Source: Sphagnum compactum (Eukaryota). Taken from it: a stretch of 64,000 nucleotides of DNA. Of this stretch, positions 24,439 through 37,299 are shown piece by piece. The position numbers were made by a program, and so were the translations under genes. The notes beneath the pieces are model-generated. The model ran no database searches and was not told where the DNA came from. It saw only the letters and a list, made by a program, of their open reading frames with translations. How positions within the stretch are numbered: position 1 is the first letter of the stretch; every line of letters starts with the position of its first letter. The DNA lies in assembly GCA_965153455.1 (NCBI GenBank), contig OZ234494.1:10168001-10232000 (forward strand), read 5' to 3'.

Positions 24439-27405
24439 TGGGGAACCAGCTCACCAAGAAGGAGAGAGACCAGGTCAGAGACTTGCGAATTAAGTATGAA
24501 CATGTGTTTGCATTCTCGATGAAAGACTTAGGTAGGTGTAAGACCATGTAGTTCTCTATAGACCTTACAGATGAAACACCCATCTATTGGAAGAGGCATG
24601 GGTTGAGCAAGCATAAGTGGGAACTGGTAGATGAAAGATGTAAAAAGCTCCATGAGGCTAGTCTCATTTAACCATCAAGTTCTGATTTTGCAGCCGCTAC
24701 AATAATGTCAGCAAAGAAGGATTCAGCTAGATTATGGACTAAGAAAAGGATGTGCGGGGATTATAGGCCTTTGAACTTGGTTACATCTCAGGACAGGTAC
24801 CCCATGCCCATCCCTGAAGAACTGTTTGATAACATTGGAGAGTTAAACATCTTCACAATTGTGGATCTGAGGTAAGGTTTCAACCAGATTGTGCTCGCTA
24901 CGAAGGATCGCAAGAAAACGACATTCCATGGAAGCAACAAGTTGTGGAAATGGCTTGTGATGCCTTTTGGATTGAAGAATGCACATGTCTTCTTTCAGCC
25001 AGTCATGGACCAGGTTTTTGAAGGGGCAGATTTCTTGAAGTGTTACATAGATGACGTCTTAATGCATAGCAAGGGAATCCTGCAACATTTGGCTCATCTT
25101 GAAGAGTTATTCAAGAGGCTCCACGAAGTCAATATGAAGATCCATCTTAAAAAGTGTGAGTTTGTTGTCACTTCAGTAGTCTACCTTGGCCACAAAATTT
25201 TGCCAAATGGTATTATGGCTCATTGGGCCAAAGTAGTAGCCATTTTGGAGATGCCCAATCCTACTGATGTTCACACTTTGAGGAGCTTCATCAGACTATT
25301 TAATTATTACAAGATTTATGTCCAAGCTTTCAGTACTATTGTTCATCCTCTCTATGCATTGTTAAAGAAGGATGTTGCTTGGACATGGAGTGAAGAGGCT
25401 TAGGAAGCTTTCAACACACGCAAGGAAAAGCTTTCAGAGTTCCCCATTCTGAGAAGACCTGATTTTAGCAAGGTCTTCATTCTACACACTAACTGGAGTG
25501 CTCTTGGTATTGGTGTTATTCTTGGCCAACTTGATGAGGAAGGCAAGGAATATGTTATCGCCTATGCATCCCAAAGCAACAACAAGGCTGAGAGCAACTA
25601 TTCTTCATACGAGGAGGAATGTCTTGCTGTTGTATGGGCTGTCATACATATATTTATGGCACCAAGTTCACTTTGTATACCGACCACCAGCCTATCAAGT
25701 CGTTAATGACCAATAATAAGCTTATTAGTAAGTTAGCTTGTTGGGCGCTTATACTTCAGGAGTATGAGTTCAAGGTTATTCACCGACCTGGTATTACACA
25801 TCAGAACACGGATACCATGTCGCGGAGACCCTTCACTACCTTTGAAGATTTGTCAAAAGCCAGGTAAGACTTCAACCAGATTCCAATAGTACATGTATCT
25901 TACGCATCTAGTTATCTTGCACTACTACAATGTAACCTGGTTGAGCATCCCACTGTGGATATATGGGAGGACTTGGACACTTTGAGGTTTCTTTAGCCTG
26001 GGGAATACCCTCCCCAAGTTACATCAAGTCATCGGGATCACATACAACAATGGTTCAAACGCTACTCATGGAGAGACAATCACCTCATGCGATGCTTACC
26101 AGAAGGCGATAAAGTGGTTCCTCCACCACATGAACGGCTTGGTCTTATTCAGAAGGTACACTTGGAGCTTGGACATTTTAGAGTTAAGCGTACTTATAGC
26201 CTTCTTGCTCCTCATTACCCTTGGAGAGGTATGTATGCTCAAGTCCGAGATGTCATTGCTAGGTGTGAACAATGTGATAGAGTGAGAACTTCCTTTTCCT
26301 CTCGACAATTCACGCTTTCTCCAATCCCTATTCAGGGCATGTTTTATTGCTAGTCATGTGATTTAGCTAGAGAGTTACCATAGACCTCTAGGGGTAATGT
26401 CTACATCATGATTATGATTGAGCATTTTTCAAAGTGGGTCGAGCTTGTTGCGCTGCCGGACAAGTAATCACACAGCACTAACTAGGCTTTCTTACAACAG
26501 GTCCTAAGTAGGTTTGGGGCTTGTGCTAAGTGCCTTACTGATCAAGGATCAGAATTCAGAGGAAAATTCCAAGACCTACTTGATCATGCTCTCATTAACC
26601 ATCGTTGGACTTCAAGGGATCATCCCCAAGTGATGGCCTTGTAGAGAGGTTGGTTTAGACATGCAAGAAAGGATTTCGGAAGATTTGCTTCACTGGGAAC
26701 AAAGAGGATTGGGACCTACTTCTACCTTACATCGCCATGGGTTACAGGATGTCCAAGCACGCTTCTTTGTCTCATTTCGTTCCTTACTTTTTACTTTTTG
26801 GGAGACATCCCATTCCACCCTCTTCCATTGTTGTTCAAATGGACCAGGTTGTGGACTTGGACTCCCCAGCCACTTGGGCTAAGGTCATCGCAGAGAATGC
26901 TACTCTATTAAGGAGGGTTATGCCCATGGCCATGGAAAACTTGTCCATTGCACAACATCGAGACACCTTACGATATGCACACACAAAAGGTGGCAGTTAC
27001 AAACCTAAGGTGAGACAATTTGATGTTGGTGACTTTGTGTATTTCCAACGGCAACCTAATGATACTTTAGACATTTCTTCTGGTCGTACTATCTTGAGGA
27101 TTAAGACGATCAGGCCTTCAGGTGTGTTGGAGTTGCAAAGAGCCGACGGACGCACAATTCGGGATCACTCCAAAAACGGTGCACCTTGCCGCTTGCTGAA
27201 CTTAGATCCTACCATCATCACGTCAATTTGGATTCCTCCACTTGGCTATCCACGTCAGGTATGTCAAAGGACAGATGATGCTGATCAGATGCTGCTTTGC
27301 GATAATTATAATGGTGGATACCATCTATTTTGCTTCAAGCCGGAGCTCACTCAAGTTCCTGCTGGCATTTGGTACTGGTCATCATGTTTTCCTGCAGCAC
27401 CTTGA
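24439..27405 (+). pseudogene. Degenerate gypsy pol: RT, RNase H, integrase (HHCC, DDE) and C-terminal PHD finger
   Basis: RMCGDYRPLN, DRYPMP, VMPFGLKNA, YIDD (25044-25055), KKCEF, YLGH; EECLAVVWA, TDHQP, WALILQEYEF; H..LGHF...CEQC; TDQGSEF; QVCQRTDDADQMLLCDNYNGGYHLFCFKPELTQVPAGIWYWSSC; many stops and frameshifts. Confidence 0.93.
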
Positions 27406-27679
27406 TTTCTACTCAAACCATGTCACGCTTTTCTCGGCTCAAGTTTGGGGGGGGATACATGAGAATTTCATCTCAGGCTCCTCTTGTGCATTGTATATAT
27501 ATGTGCGCGCATCTCTTTTTGGTTGATTAGTTTCTACCTTTGACTAGTTTTAGTCTTTTTGTTCAGTAGAGTTTGCTATGGATTTACACCCTTATGACAC
27601 CAAATGTCACAACACTACACGTCACGACAAGCTGCATTCAAAATTTCATTGATAAAAAATGGGTTTTAGACTTGACACT

Positions 27680-28935
27680 CGTGCATGGGTGCGAATGAAT
27701 TAATAGGAGCCATTAGCGTCCTCTTAGGTAATTGATTTTGGGGAATATTTTTGAAATATTTTTGAAAAAAAAATTCAAAGTTTTTTAAAAAATGTTTTTT
27801 TTTTGGTATTATTTTGTGAAGGTTTGTGTTAAAAGTTTGTCAAAAATATGTCATTTAAAAAGTTTTTGAAATTCATTTGGGTACAAGTATAAAGATAGGA
27901 GCCAAAAACCATGTCGAATAGTGGTGAAAACTATGAATTTTTTTACATATGTTTTTTGTCTTACTTTTAAAAGTTATCTTAATCATTCCAAGTTGTGCTA
28001 AATGACTATATGAAAGTTGAGGAATTCAAATTCAAAATTCATTAAATTAAATTTTGAGTTTTGATTTTTAAAATGGATGTTTGAACTTGAATAAGTGTTG
28101 TGTCAAATGTGGTTAATTTTACAAAAGACCAGGTAAAGGACTATTGTAATAATATAATTTTGATGGTAAAAAAATTTAAATGATAGTAGCCTACTACCCA
28201 AGTTCAAAAAACATTCACAATTTAAAAGATATAAAAATATAAAAATATAAAAATTCAAAGTATTTTTCAAAATTAAAAATTTTCAAGAGTCGTTTACTAC
28301 ATGTAAATGGGGTGTAATGTGCATGACATACAAAACAAAGTTGTAGTTTATAATATTAAAAACAAAAACCTAAAATAGTTAGCATAATTTGGTATGATTC
28401 AAAATTATGATAAAATTTGAAAATGAAATGCCGAATCTGGTAGAATTACACACTTTGAAAAATTCATATGTATTCAACGATGATTAACACAAAACATGTG
28501 ATCTATTGCGGTAACTATATGTATTTTTAATAACAAGTTGCAAAAGATTTCATTCAAAATTTTTTCCATATGAAAAAATGAAAAAGGACTAAAAAGGACT
28601 TACAATCCTTTTGTAAAGTAATCCCATTGGCTCCTATCTATGTACTTGCACCCATTTATAAGTCCTTTTATTGCTTAAAAATAGTGGTTACAAATATTTA
28701 TACACTATTTTTGTATGAATATTCTTGTATGTATAAAGGTCTAAATGTTAATGAAATAATTTTATATTTTGAACATTTATAAAATAAGATATTAGATTTG
28801 ATAATGTGCAAAACTTTTAACTTATTTTCAAGTTACAATTAAAAAAAAATTGAGATAAAAAACACAAAATTAAATAATGGTTACGATTGCTTTTGGCTCC
28901 TATTTCCTATTAGGATGATTGCACTTGCATATGCA
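27680..28935. mobile_element. AT-rich non-autonomous DNA transposon remnant with inverted subterminal motifs
   Basis: ATAGGAGCCA at about 27703 and 27895, inverted at about 28628 and 28894; gggtacaagtataaagataggagcca pairs with tggctcctatctatgtacttgcaccc. Confidence 0.5.
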
Positions 28936-29780
28936 TCAAATTAACACCTGCAATGATCAACTTAAATACCAAAGAAAAAATAATTCAGGCTAAAATCAAG
29001 TAAGATTGAAGTTTTGTAATTTCTAGAATTTTAATGAGAGTATCTTTGAAAATGGGCAGTACCTTGAAAGGGAAGTTAATAGGATCCCAACATTGGAACC
29101 GCTGTTGGCTAGTTATTGCATTTTTCCATAATTGGCCAGGTAGTTTATTTTTTATTTTTGGAACACATAGGTTATCATATAAGATTTTCAAATATTTAAA
29201 CCCATCAATTATCAATTTCCATGGAAAAGTAATGCACTGATTATTAATTAATTGTTATTTTTTTGGGTAATAGTCATCAATTACGCATAAGGGTTGATTC
29301 TCAAATACTCACCTTGAGAATTGGTTGTGATCTAGGTAGGGTAGGTTATGATTATATTTTTTCTACTTTTTTTTATGGTAAACATGTTTAGGGTTTTAAG
29401 ATTGATAATTTATTTAGATGGAATTCCAATAATTTGGGTAAGGTACTGAAATTTGAAACTTTAACATCTGACCCATTGAGGTCTTTCAAGTTCTTGGAAT
29501 GATATGCAGCAGGCAGGTTGGTTATTTATTGATTTTTCCAAAAAATTAAATAATTGATTGTGAGGCTATCAATACCTGGGTTGATAATTCTGTTTTTTCA
29601 ATAAGTGGTTAACATTGGTTTGAACTCCTAAGTCAGCTCATATATGGGGTTTTCCAAGAGCTTTGAGATGGTCTATTGTTTGGCATTGCTATGTGGGTAC
29701 TGAGGTTCTGATAAAATAAGTGCAGGCCTTGAGTTTCAATTTGTGAACTAGGTGCTCACTCAAGAGTGCATCAATGGGAC

Positions 29781-30010
29781 ACAAGAAGCTTTTTTGGGAT
29801 TCCCAATAAGGAAGAGAGTGAAAATCTTTGATAACTTAAAGGTGAATTAACAAAACATAGGCAAAGCTCTCCACAGAAATCATGGACCCAATATTTCAAT
29901 GTTTTATTCTAATTTTCCCATTGTGAAACAGAGAAATCATTGTACTTTCCCATTGTCAAACAAACCATTTCATGTTTGCATAGGGAGAATTCAAGTTTTT
30001 CTTGATGGTC
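29781..30010 (+). repeat. Dispersed repeat copy A, inverted partner of 36255-36483
   Basis: Shared blocks such as ttcccattgtcaaacaaaccatttcatgtt and aattcaagtttttcttgatggtc. Confidence 0.8.
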
Positions 30011-31721
30011 CCAAAAGGTTAAACAACAAGTTTCCATACAACTCCCTGTGTGCAATATCGCAAAGCTCTCAGTTATCCCTGTTAGAAACCCCTCTGAGAA
30101 CCAACGTCAAAGGGAATATTCATTTCCCACAATAGATGCTTTTCAAATAAGAAAAACTTATTAACTTCCCCCTTTGACATTAGTTCACGGTACCCCTCTA
30201 ATGGCATAATTGAACTTTCCCTGTCAGGCTCCTTGGGAATGGTGCAAAACTCTCTGTGTCTCACAATTCCTTGTCAGTTGCATTTCAAGTCCATTCTTGA
30301 AAATAAAGTTAGACAATTTTCTCACAAGGGAATTCAAGAGCTCCCTGTAATACAATCAGTGGCTTTTTTTCAATTTTCTGATGTTGCATCATTTGTAGCA
30401 TCCCAAGAAAGATTTAGCATTAAATAACAACATCACAGGTAGAAGAGTATTTCTTTTAAAATGTTACTGTTGTTTGGCCACCTATAGGAGAATGCCTTCT
30501 ATACGAATGAACCCAGTTCAAAACCCTTGTTTTTTTTATGAATGTTTTCAAAAGTTTCAAAAATAAAAACCTTTGTAGAGCTCCTACCCCCAATTTATTA
30601 TTGATTGCGAAATTACTATGCATACAGCCAAGTAAAGTAAAATGAAAAAAAATTTGAATACCACACATTGAAAATTCCCACAAACACCAGATCTCGCTTA
30701 TCAGATGTTTAGCGGTTATGTAAAATGCCTGAATATTTGTCAATTTGCAGATTATGGGAATAAGTGGACATTGGGTTAATAAAATAACCTTCCAAGTTCC
30801 AAGTGCAAAACGACAGTTGACACCCTTCAAAAGTTGGAAACCTCTAGATTTGTGGTCGTTTCGTGTTTGGCAGTTTCCAGCTTGATATTAAACAATGAAC
30901 AGTGACTGCACTTTGTTGTAAGAGTACACAACCAAAAGGAAAAAATCCAAAAGGATAACAGAAACCACCTACTAATAAGTCTTAGCTCAATTGATGTACC
31001 TCTCATTTTTTAGGGTCTTTAGTCTTTGGCTGTTTGCCTATTGCTACTTTAAGGTAGTACAAGTGTAGTAGTTGGCATTCTTGAAACCTGCCACTTAAAA
31101 GAAAAACACACAGCATTCCCCCTGCTGTATTTCCAGATACCCTACTGCCTTGGCAGCTTTGACACTACTAATATTATTTTCAGAAATGTTGAAATTTGCA
31201 CAATTTGTTTTTATCAAATAAACTTTGTTTTTGAAGAAAAATATTGAATCTTCTGGTCTATTTCTTGAAATGAAAATTTCAAAATTATTAATTATTCAAC
31301 AGACATGTGCTGCCAAGGTACTACAGTACCCATTGCCAACACAAGGGATTGAGGAAAGTCCTAGATACTCGCTTTGACTCTTAGGGAGTCCCTCATGATG
31401 AAAATCATAAAGACAGGAGCAGACACAAAGAAGAGGACTTACTTCTACAACTCCTGTCTTCAACATGAAATAATGACTATCATAGGAGTAGTAAATTGTA
31501 CATTACCAAGACATGAAACTTTCCACAAATGCTCATAGGGCCCGGCCCCTCCCTGGGTGAACCAGCACCTACTCTGGGACATTCCTCTTCTTGTGTGAGG
31601 CCTCTTATTAGGGTCTATATTGAACCTGGGAAATGTTAAATTTGGAGTCACAGACCCTGATTTTAATGTAAGGATGAGATATTTATAATTTTTAGAAATA
31701 ACCCCAAGAAATGGGAATTTT

Positions 31722-32070
31722 TACCAGTGTTGGCTTGGTATCAACTTTAGAACATACCAGCCTGGTCCTGGTATGAAATTCATAAAAGAAAATACAGTAC
31801 CAGGATGCATGAAGCATGATCATTAGCCTCTGGTGTTGGGTCCTTTTAAAAACTTTTCTACCGTCCTGGTCCTGACCTCCTGTCCAAGACTGACTTTTGG
31901 CCCGTTTGAGGGGATATATATATAGCTGATATTCAAAGTAACATAACAATGGTAACAATGGTATAAGCCTGATGTTACCACAGGTCCATACTAGGCTGGT
32001 ACTGGTCCAAGGCTCCTATTGCCTAAGGTCGTACTCATACCAGGTTAGTAGGGTCCTCAATACCAGTAGT
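31722..32070. repeat. MITE-like repeat rich in ATACCAG/CTGGTAT motifs
   Basis: Multiple ataccag/ctggtat motifs in both orientations. Confidence 0.45.
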
Positions 32071-33474
32071 GTTGATAACAGGCACAGCCCAACATACCAA
32101 AGCAACACTAGTAAAAGTACTAATTGTAGGGGCTATTTCACCAAAGGAGTGAACCCAATAATATTAGCCCGTTACATTTATAAAATTTCGCTGGTGATCC
32201 CCTATTATGACAAATCTTGAGCCAAAACAAACTCCTCATTTAACAACAGAACAACAGCTGGACCCCCAATATACATACACAAATTTCTCACCTCCCGCAA
32301 AGAGAACACAGCAGATCAGACCTGTGAGAATTTGGAAAAAAATGCAAGGCAACAAAGGGGAGGGTGGTAAGGGAAAGTGGGTGGGCGGAAAGTTCATGGT
32401 GCTATCGAGGTTTGGGGGGCGGCGGGGGGCGGGGGGGGGGAAAAAGAGCCTGGCTAACGGCTCGACCGACCAGCGGACAGATTCAGCGGCAGCTCGCACA
32501 CTTGGTTCAATCTAATCACGTCTGTATAGCAACCAAACTCTCAACGACAATATCTGGGTTCCAGCTAGCTGCAGCAGCTCCTCGCCCTGCAAGTTCCAAA
32601 ACAAAGAGCTTTCAAGGTTTTGTACTCTGCAACTTCCAGCTGATCAGAATTCCAAAATATCTTATAATTTTAAGCTTGTCTTACAAATTTCTTATCAGCT
32701 GATCATTTCTGCATTTTCAAGCTCTGGAGCTTAAACAATTTTAATATATATATCTAGTCGCTGCACTAGGCACGCATTCTAAGCTCTGGAGCTCCAAAAA
32801 TATTGAGAATGATGATCAGGAAGCTCATGATCCGAATATTATATGTACATCTCGCTAGCTGGTAGTTATAATATTATAGACCTCATCATTTGTGCTCTAT
32901 ATTTGTAGGAGTTATAAGCTGCTTAAGGTCGCAGATTGGATCTGATGATCAAGTTTTTGTTTTGAGAAGCAGCTGCTGCACGTTCCATATTGTGATCTAG
33001 TGTTTGAACTCATGTCCATGTCAAGGATGTTGGGTGCAGCAGGGGATTATGAAGAATATTATGTTGTTCAACAGATCTAAGTGATCTGCAGAGTTGACAG
33101 TGAAATCTGTAGTTGGGATTGCGTGCGCAATTAATTAGAGGGGTCTAGTATAGATGCAGTTTCAGTATAAGAGCGAGTTGCACTTGAGGGGGTTTGGTCT
33201 GACTTATAATGCGATTCAGGGAACACCAGGACTGCAAGAGAGAATAATCCAGGGTTCTTGTGAAAGTTTCAGCCGAGTCGAATTGTGCAGTCGCACGAAT
33301 TTTTATTGGAAATCAGCCTTAATTCGTACTGGAAGCTGCAGTGAAAAGCTTGAAGTTTTGCGATCATATAGGCCATTACTTCTTCCTCGTTCAAGTACTT
33401 CCGGTTTGAGCGCCCGCGCGGTGATCACAAGCAGCAATGAATGAAGACATCATGTGTGAACAGTACTAGAAAAG

Positions 33475-34479
33475 ATGTCAACTGCGTGCAAATGGATTCT
33501 TCCACCTTGCTTTCTTGAAAGGAGAATGAAGGTTCAACGAGCTGCAGGGCTGATCAGGATTTCGCGGGGAATGGCTCTCTGCTGCATAGGCCTAATCCTT
33601 CTCCTCCTGACAACATTTCCGCTGCTATCCTTTGCAGGACGACGTGATCCTCGTAAGTAATGTAGTTGCACTCGTGTATGGCCAATCCTGTCCAGAGTGA
33701 TCAAACTCGGAATTTTTCATGTCTTCTGGCACTGTGACACATATAAGCGGCCGACCCCCACCGGGTTCATTGAAGGAAGTAGTAGTCGAGTGAAGGACTG
33801 CTAGATTGAAATCGCTTTTGGTGACTGTCGATGAGCAATGCATATGCAAGAAATCTTTACAGGACCTTCATGAATCCTGGCATCCATCTATGCTTGGCAC
33901 GACTCTGCACCATTGTATAATAGTTCTATCTCCGGTTAGGTGGAGAAATTAGCTCTTGACGAATGTCTGTGAATCGGCTGTATGAGCTTGTAGGTACAAC
34001 AGGATATGAATCAAGCGCAGCGGGAGCAGTTGAGGTCATTGCTAGTCGGTCAGTTGAGCAAATTGGAGTCGCAGCTGAAGAGAGAAAGATGCATTACCCT
34101 CACAAGCTGCAGGTACAGCTTCCATCCTCATGTGTCAGCTTGATCCACCAGCTGCAGTAGTGCCATGAACATTAGTATCGACTAATTTTCTTCCTTGACG
34201 TTTTGGTTGCCATGATCTTGTCTGTAGAGTGGAATCCACCGATCTGATTTCATGGTCTGGAAAAACAAACAGCAGCCTGTTCATGGAGAAATCATGCATG
34301 CGCACAGAAGGGTGCTAGTGGGTTCCTCTGCTCCTACATGTCGAGGAAGCTGTGGTCTTTGTCAGCCTTGTCAACCAGTCCATGTCGTCATTGGGGTTCC
34401 TCATGTAGCGATTACACAGCAAGAATACTACCCAGAGGTCTGGCGATGTGCGTGTGGGAACATGCTTTACATGCCTTAA
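33475..34479 (+). CDS. EPFL: EPIDERMAL PATTERNING FACTOR-like secreted cysteine-rich peptide (EPFL4/5/6-CHALLAH type), 3 exons
   Basis: Exons 33475-33652, 33994-34112 and 34228-34479 with GT-AG sites and consistent phases; hydrophobic signal; mature domain GSSAPTCRGSCGLCQPCQPVHV...EYYPEVWRCACGNMLYMP (6 Cys); the true start could be a downstream ATG. Confidence 0.92.
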
Positions 34480-36254
34480 GCTCCACTGCTGCTTGATAGA
34501 AACGACCATTCCATCCAGGTTGCTGATCGATACAATTTTCTTGAAGCCATGATCTGTTGCTTACAATAGCAGGTACTAGAACTTCGAAGCACTGGAGAGC
34601 GATCACGCTCGACTTTGCGTACCATAGCAGAGGTTTGCAGATCATGTTGCAGCTCCTCACGTTGCAGCAGCTTCTGGAAAGTGGCCTCAGCAGAAGAGTA
34701 CTCCCGATCACCGCTTTATACAACAATTTATTATAATACTTCGTGTCACTGAACCAATCCAGCAGATTAAGTCGTGAAATTGTTAATAAAATGTAGTGAG
34801 CAAATCAGGTACACTTCAGATCTAGAGTTTAGCAGTACAAGAGACGGTAGATTCAGTTAGGAAGTACGAAGTTCCGTGAAATACAAAAAATGTCAAGCTT
34901 TCAGCAGAACATGATGCATGATGTCTGATTGCCGGAGCTCAAAATCCTGCAAGCTCAGTACTCTAGAATTTGTCATGTTTAGCAAAACTCTATAGCCATT
35001 TGATCTGTTCCGGAATCCATTATCGAGGTTTGCCGGAGATGGTCAGCTGCACTATAAATTTAATTCTCATAACAAAGCTCAGGCTGCACCATTTGACTTT
35101 GAGAAGCTCTACATCGTTCCTTACAATATTACACCATCCAGATTGGAAAACCGAGCGCCCCAGTCGACAATATTGTTATAAATGCTAAAGCTTAAATGGA
35201 GGTAATACTTTTTGGTTAGTGTTTTGCTGCGAAGATGTTGAAACTTCACCTGCTGCTGGAATTGTTATGCAACTGATAGCTCGAGCGTGATCTCACGAGA
35301 AGTCTAGCATTGAATGCTGCAAATTCACCTCGTCCAGGTCCGCATGCACTTGAACTTTCTCAATGCTTGAATTGGAAGGTTGTCCGGCCAGTAGTGTCGT
35401 CCTGAAATCAGAGTTTATTTGCATCCAATATCATTCCTTCACGTCGAGTCACGAAGCACATTATAATTTCCAGAGTTGCAGCTTCAGATCTAGCAATTTT
35501 TTGTGCAATGATGTCTCCATAATTTCAGCAGACGACGCTCGATGACCCTCCGCCAATACATAGAGATGGGCAGAATCCAGATCAGGTGTTCAAAGTCTTG
35601 ACTAGGCCACCTACGAATATCGAATCTAATTGCAACGCAATGAAGGCAATAATTATATCGAACCCATCGATCCGCGACTAATTAAACGATTTCAGGCACA
35701 TACAGACATGCTATAACCGCTAATTAGCATGCGAGTGATCTGATCACGTCAACGACTTGTTGTCTCCTCTCAACTGGTTGTCTGCAATGATATTGCGGCC
35801 TCATGAGCCATTCATGGCAACCTGCGTTTCACTAGTATCATAATATTAATCGAGGATGCAATACTAGACTAGTAAAGTCCACTGTCCAACTTCCAAGCAT
35901 TGCCTCATATAACAGGACGGCTACAATTGAGGACAGGGAATATAATTTACAGATCATGCATTGCGTGCCAGGGTACAGAGAAGAATGATAAGTGCACTGC
36001 AGTAGAACATTTTGATATGAATATCACAAGCTGGTAGCTATGATCTGGATGACCAGCTTCTCTAGCTGCTCCTCCAGTACCTTGATCTTACAAGTCCCAA
36101 ACCCACTCCAACCTACTGATTGGTCTATATTGTATCCGCCTGCACAAGGGTTTCAGTAATTGGGTTCCCCACAGGCACGCCAGAAATTAAGTGTGCAGAA
36201 AAACTTGACATTTGAGATCAAATTTAACAACAAACCTTTTTAGGATTCCCTGTG

Positions 36255-36483
36255 CGACCATCAAGAAAAACTTGAATTTCCCCAATGCCAACATGAAATG
36301 GTTTGTTTGACAATGGGAATATACAATGATCCCCCCTATTTCACGATGGGAAAAGTTGAATGAAACATTGAAATATGTTCCCACAATTCCCTTGGAGAGT
36401 TTTCCCTGTGTTTTGTTAATTCAACTTCAAAGTTTTAGAGGTTTCCGCTCTTTTCCCTATAGGGAATGCCCAAAAAGTTTGCT
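36255..36483 (-). repeat. Dispersed repeat copy B, inverted partner of 29781-30010
   Basis: Its reverse complement aligns along about 230 bp with copy A. Confidence 0.8.
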
Positions 36484-36934
36484 GTCGCGTTAAAATATTC
36501 TGCAAATCTTTAGTAATTGTAAATCTAGCTAGTCTCCTCGCGGCTAGCCCTCTGCATCAATCGGTTGAATTGGTTACGACGTGATTTCGTAATTTCCTTT
36601 GAAGCTAGTGTGCAGTACACCTCGATTCTTATAAAATGCCGATCAGCTGAGCTCGAGCTACCCACCTACTACTATACTACTGCAATATGACCATGACTAG
36701 TTCTCTGCTCCAGTAGACTAGGTCCTTGAAAGAAAGTAAAATGTATCTCAGAACTTTTCAGATCAGCACCGATCCAACACAAGACTACACACTAGCTGCT
36801 GGTTGCAGAGGATCAGTCCTAGAACATGTGCCATACAAGGAAGCGAACAGATCAACGGCCGACCCCTATAATTAACGATTGAGAAACCATCCGACAAGTT
36901 AACGCGCAACTACCCTCAGCGTTGATCAAATTTC

Positions 36935-37299
36935 AAGTTACTGGAGAACGCGCGCCATGGGTGGCTGATTCTGCCAGGCAAACGGTCAGCAGGGGAGTCC
37001 AGCAGGGCGACCCTAGTGGCCGCAGCTGGCTCGGCAGACTCGGCCATTGAGGCCATGGCGTCTAGGGTTTATTAAGCCGTTTTTCGGGCTCATCTATATG
37101 GCCAAAATCAGCCTGCCTTTGCTGATTCTGCTGCCCTCCTCCCACCTTCCCCCACCCTAGCCACTGTGGGCGTACGTGCTTTGAAACGCCGTAGAGCAGG
37201 CCACCCAGGGCAGATCCTGGTTCTCAGTGTGCCCCTGGGCTCCCCCACTGACTTGCTGGGAACTGGAATCTGCCATGGGCGGCCTGCTCTCTAGTAACT
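36935..37299. mobile_element. GC-rich MITE-like element with imperfect TIRs
   Basis: Left aagttactggagaac...ccatgg...gattctgccagg; right ggaatctgccatgggcggcctgctctctagtaactt; a second right-end-like copy lies at 37509-37550. Confidence 0.55.

Larger units (their letters stand above)
22713..27629 (+). mobile_element. Ty3/gypsy-type retroelement with PHD-finger integrase and no recognisable LTR pair
   Basis: Starts TGTCATG (22713) and ends CACGACA (27629), imperfect inverted termini; AGCT on both sides (22709-22712, 27630-27633); RT-RH-IN order; G8 PPT-like run at 27447-27455. Confidence 0.8.

Noticed and set aside
22713-27629. Plain Ginger DNA transposon or DIRS element
   Set aside because: RT and RNase H are present (not Ginger); it has a DDE integrase and an apparent TSD, with no tyrosine recombinase (not DIRS)
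32413-32440. G-quadruplex regulatory element (also the C runs at about 38020 and 39050)
   Set aside because: Homopolymer runs are frequent throughout the window; no specific support
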